Assembly: GCA_020161335.1 (NCBI GenBank)
Contig: JAIUOJ010000001.1
Coordinates: 38,809 to 102,808 of the forward strand
Source of the DNA: Pseudomonadota bacterium
Lineage (GTDB): Bacteria > Pseudomonadota > Gammaproteobacteria > Xanthomonadales > Xanthomonadaceae
Length of the DNA stretch: 64,000 nucleotides
Direction of reading: 5' to 3'
The translations under genes and the position numbers were made by a program. Shown piece after piece: positions 49,883 through 60,146 of this stretch. The notes below the pieces were generated by a model. It searched no databases and was not told the DNA's origin. It worked only from the letters and a program-made list of their open reading frames with translations. Position 1 is the first letter of the stretch. The number at the start of each line of letters is the position of its first letter.

Positions 49883-50638
49883 GTGCGGCCGTCGAGGGCC
49901 ACACCGCCCGCGCTACGGCACCCGCGCGCAGACCCAGGCGTCCACGCGCGCGACGCCCGCGCGGCGCAGCGCAACGGCCGCGGCATGCAGGGTGGCGCCG
50001 GTGGTCATCACGTCGTCGACGAGGGCCACATGCGCGGGCAGCGCGCCGCCCCCGGCCACGAACGCGCCGCGCAGGTTGCGTCGCCGCGCGCGGGCGTCGA
50101 GTTCGGACTGCGCGCGGGTGTCGCGGACGCGGCGCAGGCCATCGAGCTGCAGCGGCACGGCAAGCGCGCGCGCCAGCGGCCGGGCCAGTTCCAGCGCCTG
50201 GTCGTAGCCACGCTGGCGTAGGCGGGCCGGGTGCAGCGGGACCGGCAGCAGCGCCTGCGGCCGCGGCAGCGTGGCGAAGCGGGTGGCCATGGCCTCGCCC
50301 AGCGCACGGCCGGCGGCGAGGTCGCGGTGGAACTTGAAGCGCGGCAGCAGCCGGTCGAGCGGGAAGCCGTAGACGAAGGCCGCGTGCGTGACCTGCAGCG
50401 GCGGCGGCCGGCGCAGGCAGGCACCGCACAGGACGTCGCTGCCCGCCATCGGCCGGGCGCAACGCGTGCAGGCGCGATCATTCCAGGGCAGCGCCTGGCG
50501 GCAGGCGCGGCACAGGTCGGCGCCGGCAGGGGCGGCCTCGCGGCAGACCAGGCAGCGCGGCGGGCACAGCCGCGCGCCCAGGCGCCGCCACCAGCCGTCA
50601 ACCGGGAAGGGTCGGCCGCGGTTGACAGGATCAGGCAT
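49883..50638 (-). CDS. comF: ComF/GntX family protein (double zinc ribbon + PRTase-like), 241 aa
   Basis: PPRCLVC...LC..C...CTRCA...CGAC; [17 protein letters not shown]; [14 protein letters not shown]; divergent from bioB. Confidence 0.93.
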
Positions 50639-50687
50639 GGTTTCCAGACTGCCCGGCCTCGCCCTCCGCGTCTGTCAGGGAATGCCG

Positions 50688-51785
50688 ATGCCTGCCGTCA
50701 GCCCGCGCCGCCCGCACGGCCAGCCCGCCGACTCCGCCCCGCCGCTGCGCCACGACTGGACGCCGGCCGAGGTCGAGGCGCTGTTCGACCTGCCGTTCCC
50801 GGAGCTGCTGTTCCGCGCCGCCGCGGCGCATCGCCACCATTTCGATCCGGCCGAGGTGCAGGTCAGCACCCTGCTGTCGGTGAAGACCGGCGGCTGCCCG
50901 GAGGATTGCGCGTACTGCCCGCAGGCGCAGCGCTACCACACCGGCGTCGACGCCACCAAGCTGATGAGCACCGAGGACGTCGTCGAAAAGGCGAAGCAGG
51001 CCAAGGCCGCCGGCGCCTCGCGCTTCTGCATGGGCGCGGCCTGGCGCTCGCCGAAGGACCGCGACATCCCGAAGGTTGCGGCGATGATCCGCGAGGTGAA
51101 GGCGCTGGGCCTGGAAACCTGCGCCACGCTGGGCATGCTCAGCGGCACGCAGGCGACTGCGCTGCGCGAGGCCGGCCTCGACTACTACAACCACAACATC
51201 GACACCGATCCGGAGTTCTACGACGCGATCATCCGCACGCGCGAGATCCAGGACCGCCTGGACACGCTCGAACACGTGCGCGACGCCGGCATGAAGACCT
51301 GCTGCGGCGGCATCGTCGGCATGGGCGAGACGCGCCGCCAGCGCGCCGGCTTCCTGCGCACGCTGGCCAACCTGCCGGCGCACCCGGATTCGGTGCCGAT
51401 CAACCGCCTGGTGCAGGTGGAAGGCACGCCGCTGCACGGCACCGAAGCGCTCGATCCGTTCGAATTCGTGCGCACCATCGCGGTCGCGCGGCTGCTGATG
51501 CCGCAGTCTATGGTCCGTCTCTCGGCGGGGCGCGAGGACATGGGCGACGAGTTGCAGGCGCTGTGCTTCCTGGCGGGTGCCAACTCGATCTTCTACGGCG
51601 AGAAGCTGCTGACCACGGGCAATCCGGACACGGAGCGGGACCAGGCGCTGTTCGCGCGCCTCGGATTGCGGCCGATGCACGTGTCCGTCGATGCCGATGG
51701 CCACGACCACGGCGGCACCGTGCACGCGGACATCGTCGCGGAGGCCCCTGCCGCCCGTTCCGCCGGGCGGCCTTGCGCGGCCTGA
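50688..51785 (+). CDS. bioB: Biotin synthase (radical SAM)
   Basis: [68 protein letters not shown]. Confidence 0.98.
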   Translation: MPAVSPRRPHGQPADSAPPLRHDWTPAEVEALFDLPFPELLFRAAAAHRHHFDPAEVQVSTLLSVKTGGCPEDCAYCPQAQRYHTGVDATKLMSTEDVVEKAKQAKAAGASRFCMGAAWRSPKDRDIPKVAAMIREVKALGLETCATLGMLSGTQATALREAGLDYYNHNIDTDPEFYDAIIRTREIQDRLDTLEHVRDAGMKTCCGGIVGMGETRRQRAGFLRTLANLPAHPDSVPINRLVQVEGTPLHGTEALDPFEFVRTIAVARLLMPQSMVRLSAGREDMGDELQALCFLAGANSIFYGEKLLTTGNPDTERDQALFARLGLRPMHVSVDADGHDHGGTVHADIVAEAPAARSAGRPCAA

Positions 51786-51812
51786 GGCCGCGACCGACAG
51801 GGGATCCTCGCC

Positions 51813-53036
51813 ATGGCCATCGAACGCCCGGACCTGCGCGCGCGCATCGCCGCGCAGCGCAGCCAGCGCGACGCGCAATCGTCGCGCCGCTTCCGCAAGC
51901 AGGTGCTGCGCCGCGACGGCATGCAGTGCGAAGTCGCCGAGGCCGGCGGCGGCACGCGCACGCTGCTCAACTTCTGCAGCAACGACTACCTCGGCCTGTC
52001 GCAGCATTTCGCCGTGGTCGGCGCGCTGCAGGACGGTGCCGCGCGCCACGGCGTGGGCAGCACCGCCTCGCACCTGGTCTGCGGCCACCATGCCGCGCAC
52101 GAGGCGCTTGAACGCGAGCTGGCCGACTGGCTGGACGTGCCGCGCGCGCTGCTGTTCGGCAGCGGCTACGTGGCCAACCTCGCGGTGCTGCAGGCCTTCC
52201 TCGGCGACGACGACCTGTGCGTGCAGGACCGGCTCAACCACGCCAGCCTGATCGATGGCGCGCGCCTGGCCGGCTGCCGCCTGCGCCGCTATCCGCATGC
52301 CGACGTCGAAGGCGCGCTGCGGCAACTGCGCAGCGTCGTCGACGGTGCCGCGATGCTGGTCACCGACGGCGTGTTCAGCATGGACGGCGACCTCGCGCCG
52401 CTGCATGACCTCGCGGTCGCCGCACGCGTGCAGCGGGCGCTGCTGTACGTCGACGAAGCCCACGCCATCGGCGTGCTCGGCCCGGACGGGCGTGGCGCGG
52501 TCGCGCAGGCGGGGCTCGACCTCGCCTCGGCACCGCTGCGCCTGGCCACGCTGGGCAAGGCGCTGGGCAGCTACGGCGCGATCGTGGCCGGCGAGGCGGA
52601 CCTGGTCGAGCATCTCGCCGAAACCGCGCGCCCCTACGTGTACACCACGGCGTTGCCGCCGGCGCAGGCGCTGGCGTCGCTGGCGGCGGTGAAGCTGGCG
52701 CGCCAGGAGCACTGGCGCCGCGAACGCCTGCAGGACCTGGTGCAGCGCTTCCGCACGCGCGCGGCGCTGCACGACCTGCAGCTGCTGCCGTCGGAGACGC
52801 CGATCCAGCCGGTGCTGTGCGGCGACAACGCCGCGGCGCTGGCGATGGCCGCGGCGATGGAGCAGGCCGGCTTCTGGATCGCCGCGATCCGCCCGCCGAC
52901 GGTGTCGGAAGGACAGGCGCGCCTGCGCGTCACCGTCACCGCCGCCCACGAGCCGGTCCAGGTGGATGCGCTGGTCGATGCGCTGGCGCGCGCGCGCGAC
53001 CAGGTCGCCGGTGCCGCGGCCAGCCACGTGGCATGA
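51813..53036 (+). CDS. bioF: 8-amino-7-oxononanoate synthase, 407 aa
   Basis: [50 protein letters not shown]. Confidence 0.96.
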   Translation: MAIERPDLRARIAAQRSQRDAQSSRRFRKQVLRRDGMQCEVAEAGGGTRTLLNFCSNDYLGLSQHFAVVGALQDGAARHGVGSTASHLVCGHHAAHEALERELADWLDVPRALLFGSGYVANLAVLQAFLGDDDLCVQDRLNHASLIDGARLAGCRLRRYPHADVEGALRQLRSVVDGAAMLVTDGVFSMDGDLAPLHDLAVAARVQRALLYVDEAHAIGVLGPDGRGAVAQAGLDLASAPLRLATLGKALGSYGAIVAGEADLVEHLAETARPYVYTTALPPAQALASLAAVKLARQEHWRRERLQDLVQRFRTRAALHDLQLLPSETPIQPVLCGDNAAALAMAAAMEQAGFWIAAIRPPTVSEGQARLRVTVTAAHEPVQVDALVDALARARDQVAGAAASHVA

Positions 53037-54037
53037 CGGCGACATCGACACACAACCGCGTCGCGCTCGCGGCGGTCGGCCTGGCGCTGCTGTCCGCGCT
53101 GTTCTTCACCTTGACCTACGTGCTCAACCGCGCCAGCGCCACCGGCGGCGCGCACTGGGCGTGGATGGCCGCGCTGCGCTATTTCATCACCCTGCCGCTG
53201 CTGTTGCCGCTGATGGTCGTCCAGGGCGGCGTCGCGCCCGTCCTGCGCGCGATCGCCGCGCATCCGTGGGCCTGGCTGCGCTGCGCCGCAATCGGCTTCG
53301 TGCTGTTCTACGCACTGCTCAGCTTCGCCGCCGCCAGCGGCCCGTCGTGGCTGGTGGCCGGCTCGTTCCAGTTCACGGTGATCGCGGGGATGCTGTGCGC
53401 GCCGCTGCTGTACCGCGACGCGCGCCGCCGCATCCCGCCCGCCGGCCTGGCGGTCGCGGCGCTGATCTTCGCCGGCGTGCTGATGATGCAGTTCGGCCAC
53501 GCCAGCGGCGCGCTCGACCGCGCGGCATGGATCGCACTGGCGTGCGTGCTGGTATCGGCGGTCGCCTATCCGCTCGGCAACCGCCTGCTGCTGCTGCACC
53601 TCGAACGCAGCGGTGAAGCGCTCAACGCCACCCAGCGCGTGTTCGGGCTGACCCTCGCCAGCCAGCCGCTGTGGTGCCTGCTCGCGGCGTATGCCGCGTT
53701 CGAGGTGGGCCCGCCGGCATGGGAGCACGTCTGGCTTGCGGCGGGTGTGGCGCTGTTCGCCGGCGTGATCGCGACGGTGCTGTTCTTCCAGGCCACCGGC
53801 CTGGTGCGCGACCAGCCGCTGGCGCTGGGCGCGGCGGAAGCGATGCAGGGCGCGGAAGTCGTGTTCGCGGTGCTGCTGGGCGTGCTGCTGCTGGGCGAAG
53901 GCTGGCCGACCGGGGTCGCGCTCGCCGGCGCGGCCGTGGTGGTCGCCGGCATCGCGGCGTTCGCCTGGGGGGTGGCACGGCCCGCAGCCGGCAGCATTGA
54001 CGCCACGAAGATCCTGCGGAGCGACAGGGGCGCATGA
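53033..54037 (+). CDS. DMT/EmrE-like 'multidrug resistance efflux transporter family' membrane protein, 334 aa
   Basis: ~10 TM segments; [45 protein letters not shown]; ATGA overlap with bioF. Confidence 0.8.
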   Translation: MTATSTHNRVALAAVGLALLSALFFTLTYVLNRASATGGAHWAWMAALRYFITLPLLLPLMVVQGGVAPVLRAIAAHPWAWLRCAAIGFVLFYALLSFAAASGPSWLVAGSFQFTVIAGMLCAPLLYRDARRRIPPAGLAVAALIFAGVLMMQFGHASGALDRAAWIALACVLVSAVAYPLGNRLLLLHLERSGEALNATQRVFGLTLASQPLWCLLAAYAAFEVGPPAWEHVWLAAGVALFAGVIATVLFFQATGLVRDQPLALGAAEAMQGAEVVFAVLLGVLLLGEGWPTGVALAGAAVVVAGIAAFAWGVARPAAGSIDATKILRSDRGA

Positions 54038-54062
54038 GCGCCCCGGCTTGGTTCGCCGTGCC

Positions 54063-55805
54063 TTAGCGGCAGTACGCGCCGAATCTCGCCGCTTCGATCG
54101 CAGGCGCCGTGAAGTCGATGGAAGCCAGCAAGCCGTCGTCGGCAACGTTGTACCAGGCCACGCCGTTGGGAAACATCGCCACCGTGATGCCGCCAAAGCC
54201 GGACATGAAGGGCACCCAGGTTGCCTGCGCGCAGCCCAGCTCCCGCTTCACGTCACGCGCCCAGAATCCATGCTGGTAGCGGTACCGGTCCAGGCTCGCG
54301 ACCGGCAGGCCCGGTAGGTCCGGGTCTCGCTGCAGGGCGGCGTCAAGCAGCGTCGGATCCAGCACGTCTCGACCATCGATGCGGCCGCGTTGCTCGCCGA
54401 GGAAGTGCGCGAGCTTGGCGATGTCATCCGGCAGCAGGGTCAGCCCCCAGCCGAAGAACGGCTGCCGCGCCTCGTCGAGACTGCGGCGCGTGGCGTGCGC
54501 GGTCGGACTGAGGCCGATCCGGCCGAGCACGTCGGCCCACAGCACGTCATCGAACACGTCCTGGTGATCGCGTCCCGGCAAGCGACGCAGGGCCGCCTGC
54601 AGCACCGTGCCAAGGAGATAAGTGTCGGAGGTGTGGTAGACCCAGCGCATGCCCGGCGCCTCGCGCCGCGGGTACGCCTCGCAGGCGAATGCCAGCCGCC
54701 GCGCATGGGTATCGGGGACGAAGAACTCGCTCACGCGCGCGTCGTCCTCGTCGGCCATGTACGCCGGCACATCGTATTGGCCGGTCGCCATGTCCAGCAG
54801 GTGCAGGAAGTGCACGCCCCGCCACTTTTCCGTGCGGCAGCCGGTGGCGGCCGCGAAGTCGGCGACCGGCAGGTCCTTCACCCCGGGATGCAGCCGCTCC
54901 ATGCGCATCAGCGCGAGCCCCGCGACAGCCGACTTCGCTACCGAGTACGAGGGTAGGTCCATGACCTCGCAGAATGGATGCTCGCCATGCCGCGTCGCGC
55001 AGCCGGAGCGGTAGTGCACGCCGCCCGCGACCACGCCGTAAGCGGTGCGACCGCGCGCCGCGCCGATCGCGAACCTTTCCGGATCGATGCCCGGATGGTC
55101 GGTGGCCAGCGCGGACATCGGCCGCACCGGTAGTCGCGCGGCGACTTCTGCACGGTGCGCGGCGATCAACGCATCGCGGTCGGCGACCGGAGCCGGCACG
55201 TAGCTCGCCTGCAGCGTGCCCCACACGTCCAGCTGCAGGTAGTGGCAGGTCTCGCTGCTGACCTGCAGCGCGGCCCGCGACACCGTGCCGGCATCGTCGA
55301 ACAGAAGCATGAGCACGCCGTTGTGGGTGCAGTTGGCGTTGCGCTGCACCAGCGCGAACGGGATTGCTGCCCGCGTCGCGCCGCCGTCCCCCGGTTCACT
55401 CCAGGCGCGACCGGCTTCGAACGCGAACTCCCACCATGGATGGCTGCTCGGGATCGGGCCGCGCCGCGCCGGGATCAGCGCATCGCCGTCCTGCACGAAG
55501 GCAAGATCGAGATCCTGTGGCAGCGCACGTGCCAGCGCGACCTCCTTCGGTCGAATGAAGTCCTCCAGCGCGACCAGCACGCGGGTGGAGGGCCGTCCCG
55601 ACATGCGCAGACGACCCTCGAAACGATGCGCCGGCGGTTGCGCGTTGGGCGGCGGCGCATAAGTGGCGAGATCGACAGGGCGGGGGTAAGGGCCCGACAT
55701 CAGAGCGTCGCGGCCGAGGTGCTCGCGCGCGCAGGTGGCGCCGGAGACGAGCAACGCCAGCGTGGCGAGGCCTACCCCGATCTTCGGCGGTTGAAGGCGG
55801 CTCAT
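54063..55805 (-). CDS. Exported serine hydrolase (beta-lactamase class C / penicillin-binding protein fold) with long N-terminal extension, ~580 aa
   Basis: Signal-like N-terminus; SxxK motif (SYSVAKS); LLDMATG; PG.RWVYHTSDTYLLG; MSGFGG. Confidence 0.8.
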   Translation of the reverse strand: MSRLQPPKIGVGLATLALLVSGATCAREHLGRDALMSGPYPRPVDLATYAPPPNAQPPAHRFEGRLRMSGRPSTRVLVALEDFIRPKEVALARALPQDLDLAFVQDGDALIPARRGPIPSSHPWWEFAFEAGRAWSEPGDGGATRAAIPFALVQRNANCTHNGVLMLLFDDAGTVSRAALQVSSETCHYLQLDVWGTLQASYVPAPVADRDALIAAHRAEVAARLPVRPMSALATDHPGIDPERFAIGAARGRTAYGVVAGGVHYRSGCATRHGEHPFCEVMDLPSYSVAKSAVAGLALMRMERLHPGVKDLPVADFAAATGCRTEKWRGVHFLHLLDMATGQYDVPAYMADEDDARVSEFFVPDTHARRLAFACEAYPRREAPGMRWVYHTSDTYLLGTVLQAALRRLPGRDHQDVFDDVLWADVLGRIGLSPTAHATRRSLDEARQPFFGWGLTLLPDDIAKLAHFLGEQRGRIDGRDVLDPTLLDAALQRDPDLPGLPVASLDRYRYQHGFWARDVKRELGCAQATWVPFMSGFGGITVAMFPNGVAWYNVADDGLLASIDFTAPAIEAARFGAYCR

Positions 55806-56058
55806 GCGGTGAATCGGCGCTTGCGGCTCGACGACGGAAATGCAGGATACGGGCTGGACCGGCTTGCAGTTATCGAAGAATGCCTTCTGGGAGCGCATGC
55901 GAGAAGCGGCCATGGCGCGGTGGCGGCAAGCCGCTGGCAGATAGCGTCCATCCGGACCCATTCACCCTTCCGTTCGGGCCTGACGGGCAACTGCAACTTC
56001 GAATTGCGATGCATCCGGTCGTCCTGTTCAGCCCGTGCGGAGTTTCACGCCCGCGCGC

Positions 56059-57531
56059 TCAGGCGATGCCACCCAGGCAGACGTACTTGAGCTCGGTGTA
56101 GTCGTTGAGGCCGTACCTGGAGCCCTCGCGGCCGCCCCCCGACTGCTTCACGCCGCCGAAAGGCGCGACCTCGGTGGAGATCAGCCCGGTGTTGACGCCG
56201 ACGATGCCGCATTCCAGCGCCTCAGCCACGCGGAAGGCGCGGGCGAGGTCGCGGGTGTAGAAGTAGCCGGCTAGTCCCGCGTCGGTGTCGTTGGCAAGCG
56301 CGATGGCCTCATCTTCGGTCCCGAAGCGGAACAGCGGAGCCACGGGGCCGAAGGTCTCCTCGCGCGCGATGAGCATCTTGCTGGTCACGTCCAGCATCAC
56401 GGTCGGTTCGTAGAAAGTGCCGCCGAGTGCGTGGCGCTTGCCTCCAGCGGCGACCTTCGCGCCCCTGGCTTGTGCGTCGGCCACGTGCTCCTCCACCTTC
56501 TCCAGCGCCTTTCCGTCGATCAGCGGTCCCTGGTCCGTGATGCCGGCGAGGCCGTCACCCACGCGCAACTTCGCCACCGCGTCGAGGAGTTTCCCGGCGA
56601 ACTCGTCATACACCCCGTCCTGGACGAACAGACGGTTGGCGCACACGCAAGTCTGTCCGGTATTGCGGAACTTGCTGGCGATCGCGCCCTCGACCGCGGC
56701 GTCGAGGTCGGCGTCGTCGAACACGATGAACGGTGCATTGCCGCCCAGCTCCAGCGAAACGCGTTTCATCCCTTCGGCGCACTGCGCCATCAGCCGCTTG
56801 CCCACGCTGGTGGAGCCGGTGAAGCTGAGCTTGCGCACCTTCGGGTTGGCGGTCATCTCGCCGCCGATCGCGGCGGCGTCGCGGCCTGTGACGATGTTCA
56901 GTACGCCCGGCGGCAGGCCAGCGCGCTCGGCCAGCACCGCGATCGCCAGCGCCGAATAGGGTGTCTGAAGCGCCGGCTTGCAGACGACCGTGCAGCCCGC
57001 AGCCAGCGCCGGGCCGATCTTGCGGCCGAGCATTGCCGAGGGGAAGTTCCACGGCGTGATCGCCGCGACGACGCCGACGGGCTGGCGCAGCACCAGGATG
57101 CGCTTGTCCAAGGCGTGGCCGGGAATGGTGTCGCCGTACATGCGCTTGGCTTCCTCGCCGAACCACTCGAGAAAGCTGGCCGAGTAGGCGATCTCGCCTT
57201 TGGCTTCGGCCAGTGGTTTGCCCTGCTCGGCCGTCATCAGCACGGCGAGGTCGTCCTGGTGCTGCAGCATCAGCTCGTAAAGCCGGCGCAGCAGCAGTGC
57301 GCGCTCCTTCGCGGTTCTCCTTGACCAGGCGGGGAAGGCGGCATGCGCCGCGTCGATGGCGCGTCGCGTCTCGGTCGCACCCATGTCCGGTACGGTGCCG
57401 AGCACGGCGCCGGTGGCGGGGTTGCGCACTTCGCAGGTACCACCGTCATCGGCATCGCGCCACTCGCCGCCGGCGGGACAGCGCTGTCGCATCAGGTCGG
57501 GATCGGAGAGTTTCAGTGCGGAAGCGGACAT
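56059..57531 (-). CDS. gabD: NAD(P)+-dependent succinate-semialdehyde dehydrogenase family, 490 aa
   Basis: ITPWNFPSAM, FTGST.VGK, LELGGNAPF, KFRNTGQTCVCANR, EETFGPVAP, PFGGVKQSG.GREGS. Confidence 0.93.
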   Translation of the reverse strand: MSASALKLSDPDLMRQRCPAGGEWRDADDGGTCEVRNPATGAVLGTVPDMGATETRRAIDAAHAAFPAWSRRTAKERALLLRRLYELMLQHQDDLAVLMTAEQGKPLAEAKGEIAYSASFLEWFGEEAKRMYGDTIPGHALDKRILVLRQPVGVVAAITPWNFPSAMLGRKIGPALAAGCTVVCKPALQTPYSALAIAVLAERAGLPPGVLNIVTGRDAAAIGGEMTANPKVRKLSFTGSTSVGKRLMAQCAEGMKRVSLELGGNAPFIVFDDADLDAAVEGAIASKFRNTGQTCVCANRLFVQDGVYDEFAGKLLDAVAKLRVGDGLAGITDQGPLIDGKALEKVEEHVADAQARGAKVAAGGKRHALGGTFYEPTVMLDVTSKMLIAREETFGPVAPLFRFGTEDEAIALANDTDAGLAGYFYTRDLARAFRVAEALECGIVGVNTGLISTEVAPFGGVKQSGGGREGSRYGLNDYTELKYVCLGGIA

Positions 57532-57542
57532 GGACGATGTAC

Positions 57543-58742
57543 TCAGGTCTCTGGATGCAGTTGGTCTATTCGATACGCGGCGGCCAGCATCGCGACCGTG
57601 GAGGCCGCGAGCGCCGCGATGGCGACCGCGATGAGGAAGGGGAAGTCGTCGTTCGACAGCAGCTGTCCAGCCAGCATCGGGCCGGAGGCTAGGCCGAGCT
57701 TTGAGACGAAGCCGCCGAGCGTCGCCAGCCGCCCCGATCCGTCCAGGCGCGAGAGCATGCCGAACAGATAGGGCACCACGAACGACCAGGTGATTGCGGT
57801 GCCGACGTTGGCGACGAAGAACACCGGCTGGCTCCCGCTCCAGAAGAACCCGGCGGTGCCGGCGAGCGTGAGCAGCATCGCCGCCAGCAACGGGCGTAGG
57901 CGGCCCAGGCGTGTGCCCATGAAGATCACCAGCCCGGCGCCAGCCGCGCCGATCCAGGTCGCCCAGCCCAGCGCCTGGCCGATGAAGTCGCGGCCAAGCG
58001 CGTAGTGCTCGCCGAGTCGGATGATGAACGCCGACAGCGCCATGTTGCCGGCCTGGAACAGGAACAGTGCCAGCAGCGCGAGCAGCGCCGTGGCGCGCGC
58101 GGCGGTCGGCAGCCGCGTTGCCGCGACGGCTGCATCGGCCTGGCGCTCACCGGCCAAGCGCGGGATCGCCGCCAGTGCAACCAGCGCACACGCGGTCAGC
58201 GCTGCCAGCGACAGGAACAGGATGCGCGCGCCGTAGTCCGGCACCAGTGTCGGCAGGAACATCACGCCCAGCCCGCCGAGGCCGAACTGCACGAGCAGCA
58301 GCATGCCGAAGGCGCGGTCGGGCGAGCGCGTGCGCGCGATCACCGAGTAGGTCACGCCCACGGCCATGCCGCCGACGAAGCCATGCAGCGCGCGCAGCGC
58401 GGTGAGCAGGCCTGGCCCGCGAATCGTAGTCGAGCCCAGGTCGAGCAACAGCAGAAGCGACAGCAGCACGAACAGTGCGGGCCGCCATGCGACATGCCGC
58501 ACCAGCAGCACCGCGACGAAGCTGCCGACGCTGGCGCCGTAGATGTTGGCCGCGCCGACCGTGCCGGCCTGCGCGTTGGTGAAGGCCAGCCCGGTCACCA
58601 GGCCGTCGACGATCGCCGCCATGATGTTGACGTAGAAGAAGCCGGCGGTGGCCACCAAGGCCAGCAGCGCATACAGCCACAGCTTGTCGGCGGACGGCAC
58701 CGCGGGCGCTTCGGGAAGGGCGGCATTCGGGCTGGCGCTCAT
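57543..58742 (-). CDS. MFS transporter, 399 aa
   Basis: 12 TM pattern; ATGA overlap with the upstream sulfotransferase gene. Confidence 0.85.
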   Translation of the reverse strand: MSASPNAALPEAPAVPSADKLWLYALLALVATAGFFYVNIMAAIVDGLVTGLAFTNAQAGTVGAANIYGASVGSFVAVLLVRHVAWRPALFVLLSLLLLLDLGSTTIRGPGLLTALRALHGFVGGMAVGVTYSVIARTRSPDRAFGMLLLVQFGLGGLGVMFLPTLVPDYGARILFLSLAALTACALVALAAIPRLAGERQADAAVAATRLPTAARATALLALLALFLFQAGNMALSAFIIRLGEHYALGRDFIGQALGWATWIGAAGAGLVIFMGTRLGRLRPLLAAMLLTLAGTAGFFWSGSQPVFFVANVGTAITWSFVVPYLFGMLSRLDGSGRLATLGGFVSKLGLASGPMLAGQLLSNDDFPFLIAVAIAALAASTVAMLAAAYRIDQLHPET

Positions 58743-60145
58743 GCGGGACATTCCATGGATTCTTCGACGCGCACGCCCGCGGCTTCGAGGAGCTGGCGCA
58801 GCGGCGCCAACTCGCGTTCGTAGCACCGCCACAGCGCAACCGACGAGCGGTAGATCGGCTGGCGCACCTGCGCGGCGCTGGCGGTCAAGGTCGGCTGCGG
58901 ATTGTGCTCGAAACGCAGGCAGGCCTCGTCCCATGCCAGCCCTGCGTGCGCGACCAGCCGGCGGCTCACCGCCTCCTGGTTGTCCACCAGCGCCTCGTAG
59001 TCGATCTCGAGGAAGCGGTCGGCGGGCAGCACCCGGCGCCAGTGCGCCATCAGCGCGTCGTAGCCGAGCCAATAGCGACCGAGGTCATCGAGGTCGTAGG
59101 AGAACGGATAGGCCATGCGGAACAGCGTCTTGTACATTGCCAGGCAGGCATCCATGGGCTGGCGCCGCAAGTGGATGATGCGGGCCTGCGGCAGCGCCGC
59201 GGCGACCAGCCCGAGGTAGAGGAAGTTGCCCGGCGTCTTGTCGATTACGCGCGCGCACGCGCGCGCCGGAAGCGTGCCGGCGTATGCGCCGCCCAGCGCG
59301 GCGAAGTCCAGCTGCGCGCAGCGTCGCACCAGGTCGGCCTTGCCGGTTGCGTGGCCTGCGGCGCGCACCACCGCCTGCGCGAGGTCGGTGCTTTCGCCGC
59401 GGCTGGTCACGGCCGCATGCGAACCGAGGATGCGGTCGACCAGCGTCGTGCCGCTGCGCGGCAGCCCGACGACGAACAGCGGGCGGGTGTCGCCGTCACC
59501 GGCGTGCGTGCGTGCAAAAAACTGCGCATCGAAGGTGGCGGCGATCAGTCGCATCGTCTCCAGGTCATCCTCAACCCGATACTGCAGCCGTCGCCTGCGC
59601 GCGTCGGCGCCGCGACGGAGCGCGGTGAATGCGCCGGCGTGCTCGCCGAGGTCTTCACGCTCCTTCGCGAGCGCGTAGCACAGCGCAATCTCGTTGACGT
59701 CGCCCGGCGCCAGCCGCGCCAGCTGCCGTTCCAGTTGCGGCACGTGGTTGTGCCGTGGCGTCTGCCGGCGCAGCGTGGCGCGGTTGTACCAGGCATCGCC
59801 GTCGCCGGGCGCGCGTTCGACGACGTGGTCGAGCAGGGCCTCCGCTTCGTCCAGCCGACCCAGCGCGGTCAGCGCCGTGGCATGGTTGTACAGCCCACTC
59901 AAATCGTCCGGCCGTGCCGCCACGGCGCGCGCATAGCAGCGCTCGGCCTCCGCGTGCAGGCCGAGCAGGGTGTAGCGCAGGCCAAGTTCCTGCAGCAGCC
60001 GCGATGGCCGGTCGGCGCCGCCCGCGAGGGCGTGCAGCGCCGCGATGCACGCTGCCCGCTCACCCGACTGGTGGTGCAGATCGATCCGCCGCAACGCGTC
60101 CGCCGCCGCGGCATCCATCCCTTCGACCGGCTCGCCCGCGTGCAT
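58739..60145 (-). CDS. TPR-repeat-containing sulfotransferase family protein, 468 aa
   Basis: N-terminal TPR repeats (LYNHATALTALGRLDEAEALL, AWYNRATL); FVVGLPRSGTTL (5'-PSB loop), IDKTPGNF, IIHLRRQPMDACL, TASAAQVRQPIY. Confidence 0.9.
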   Translation of the reverse strand: MHAGEPVEGMDAAAADALRRIDLHHQSGERAACIAALHALAGGADRPSRLLQELGLRYTLLGLHAEAERCYARAVAARPDDLSGLYNHATALTALGRLDEAEALLDHVVERAPGDGDAWYNRATLRRQTPRHNHVPQLERQLARLAPGDVNEIALCYALAKEREDLGEHAGAFTALRRGADARRRRLQYRVEDDLETMRLIAATFDAQFFARTHAGDGDTRPLFVVGLPRSGTTLVDRILGSHAAVTSRGESTDLAQAVVRAAGHATGKADLVRRCAQLDFAALGGAYAGTLPARACARVIDKTPGNFLYLGLVAAALPQARIIHLRRQPMDACLAMYKTLFRMAYPFSYDLDDLGRYWLGYDALMAHWRRVLPADRFLEIDYEALVDNQEAVSRRLVAHAGLAWDEACLRFEHNPQPTLTASAAQVRQPIYRSSVALWRCYERELAPLRQLLEAAGVRVEESMECPA

Positions 60146-60146
60146 G

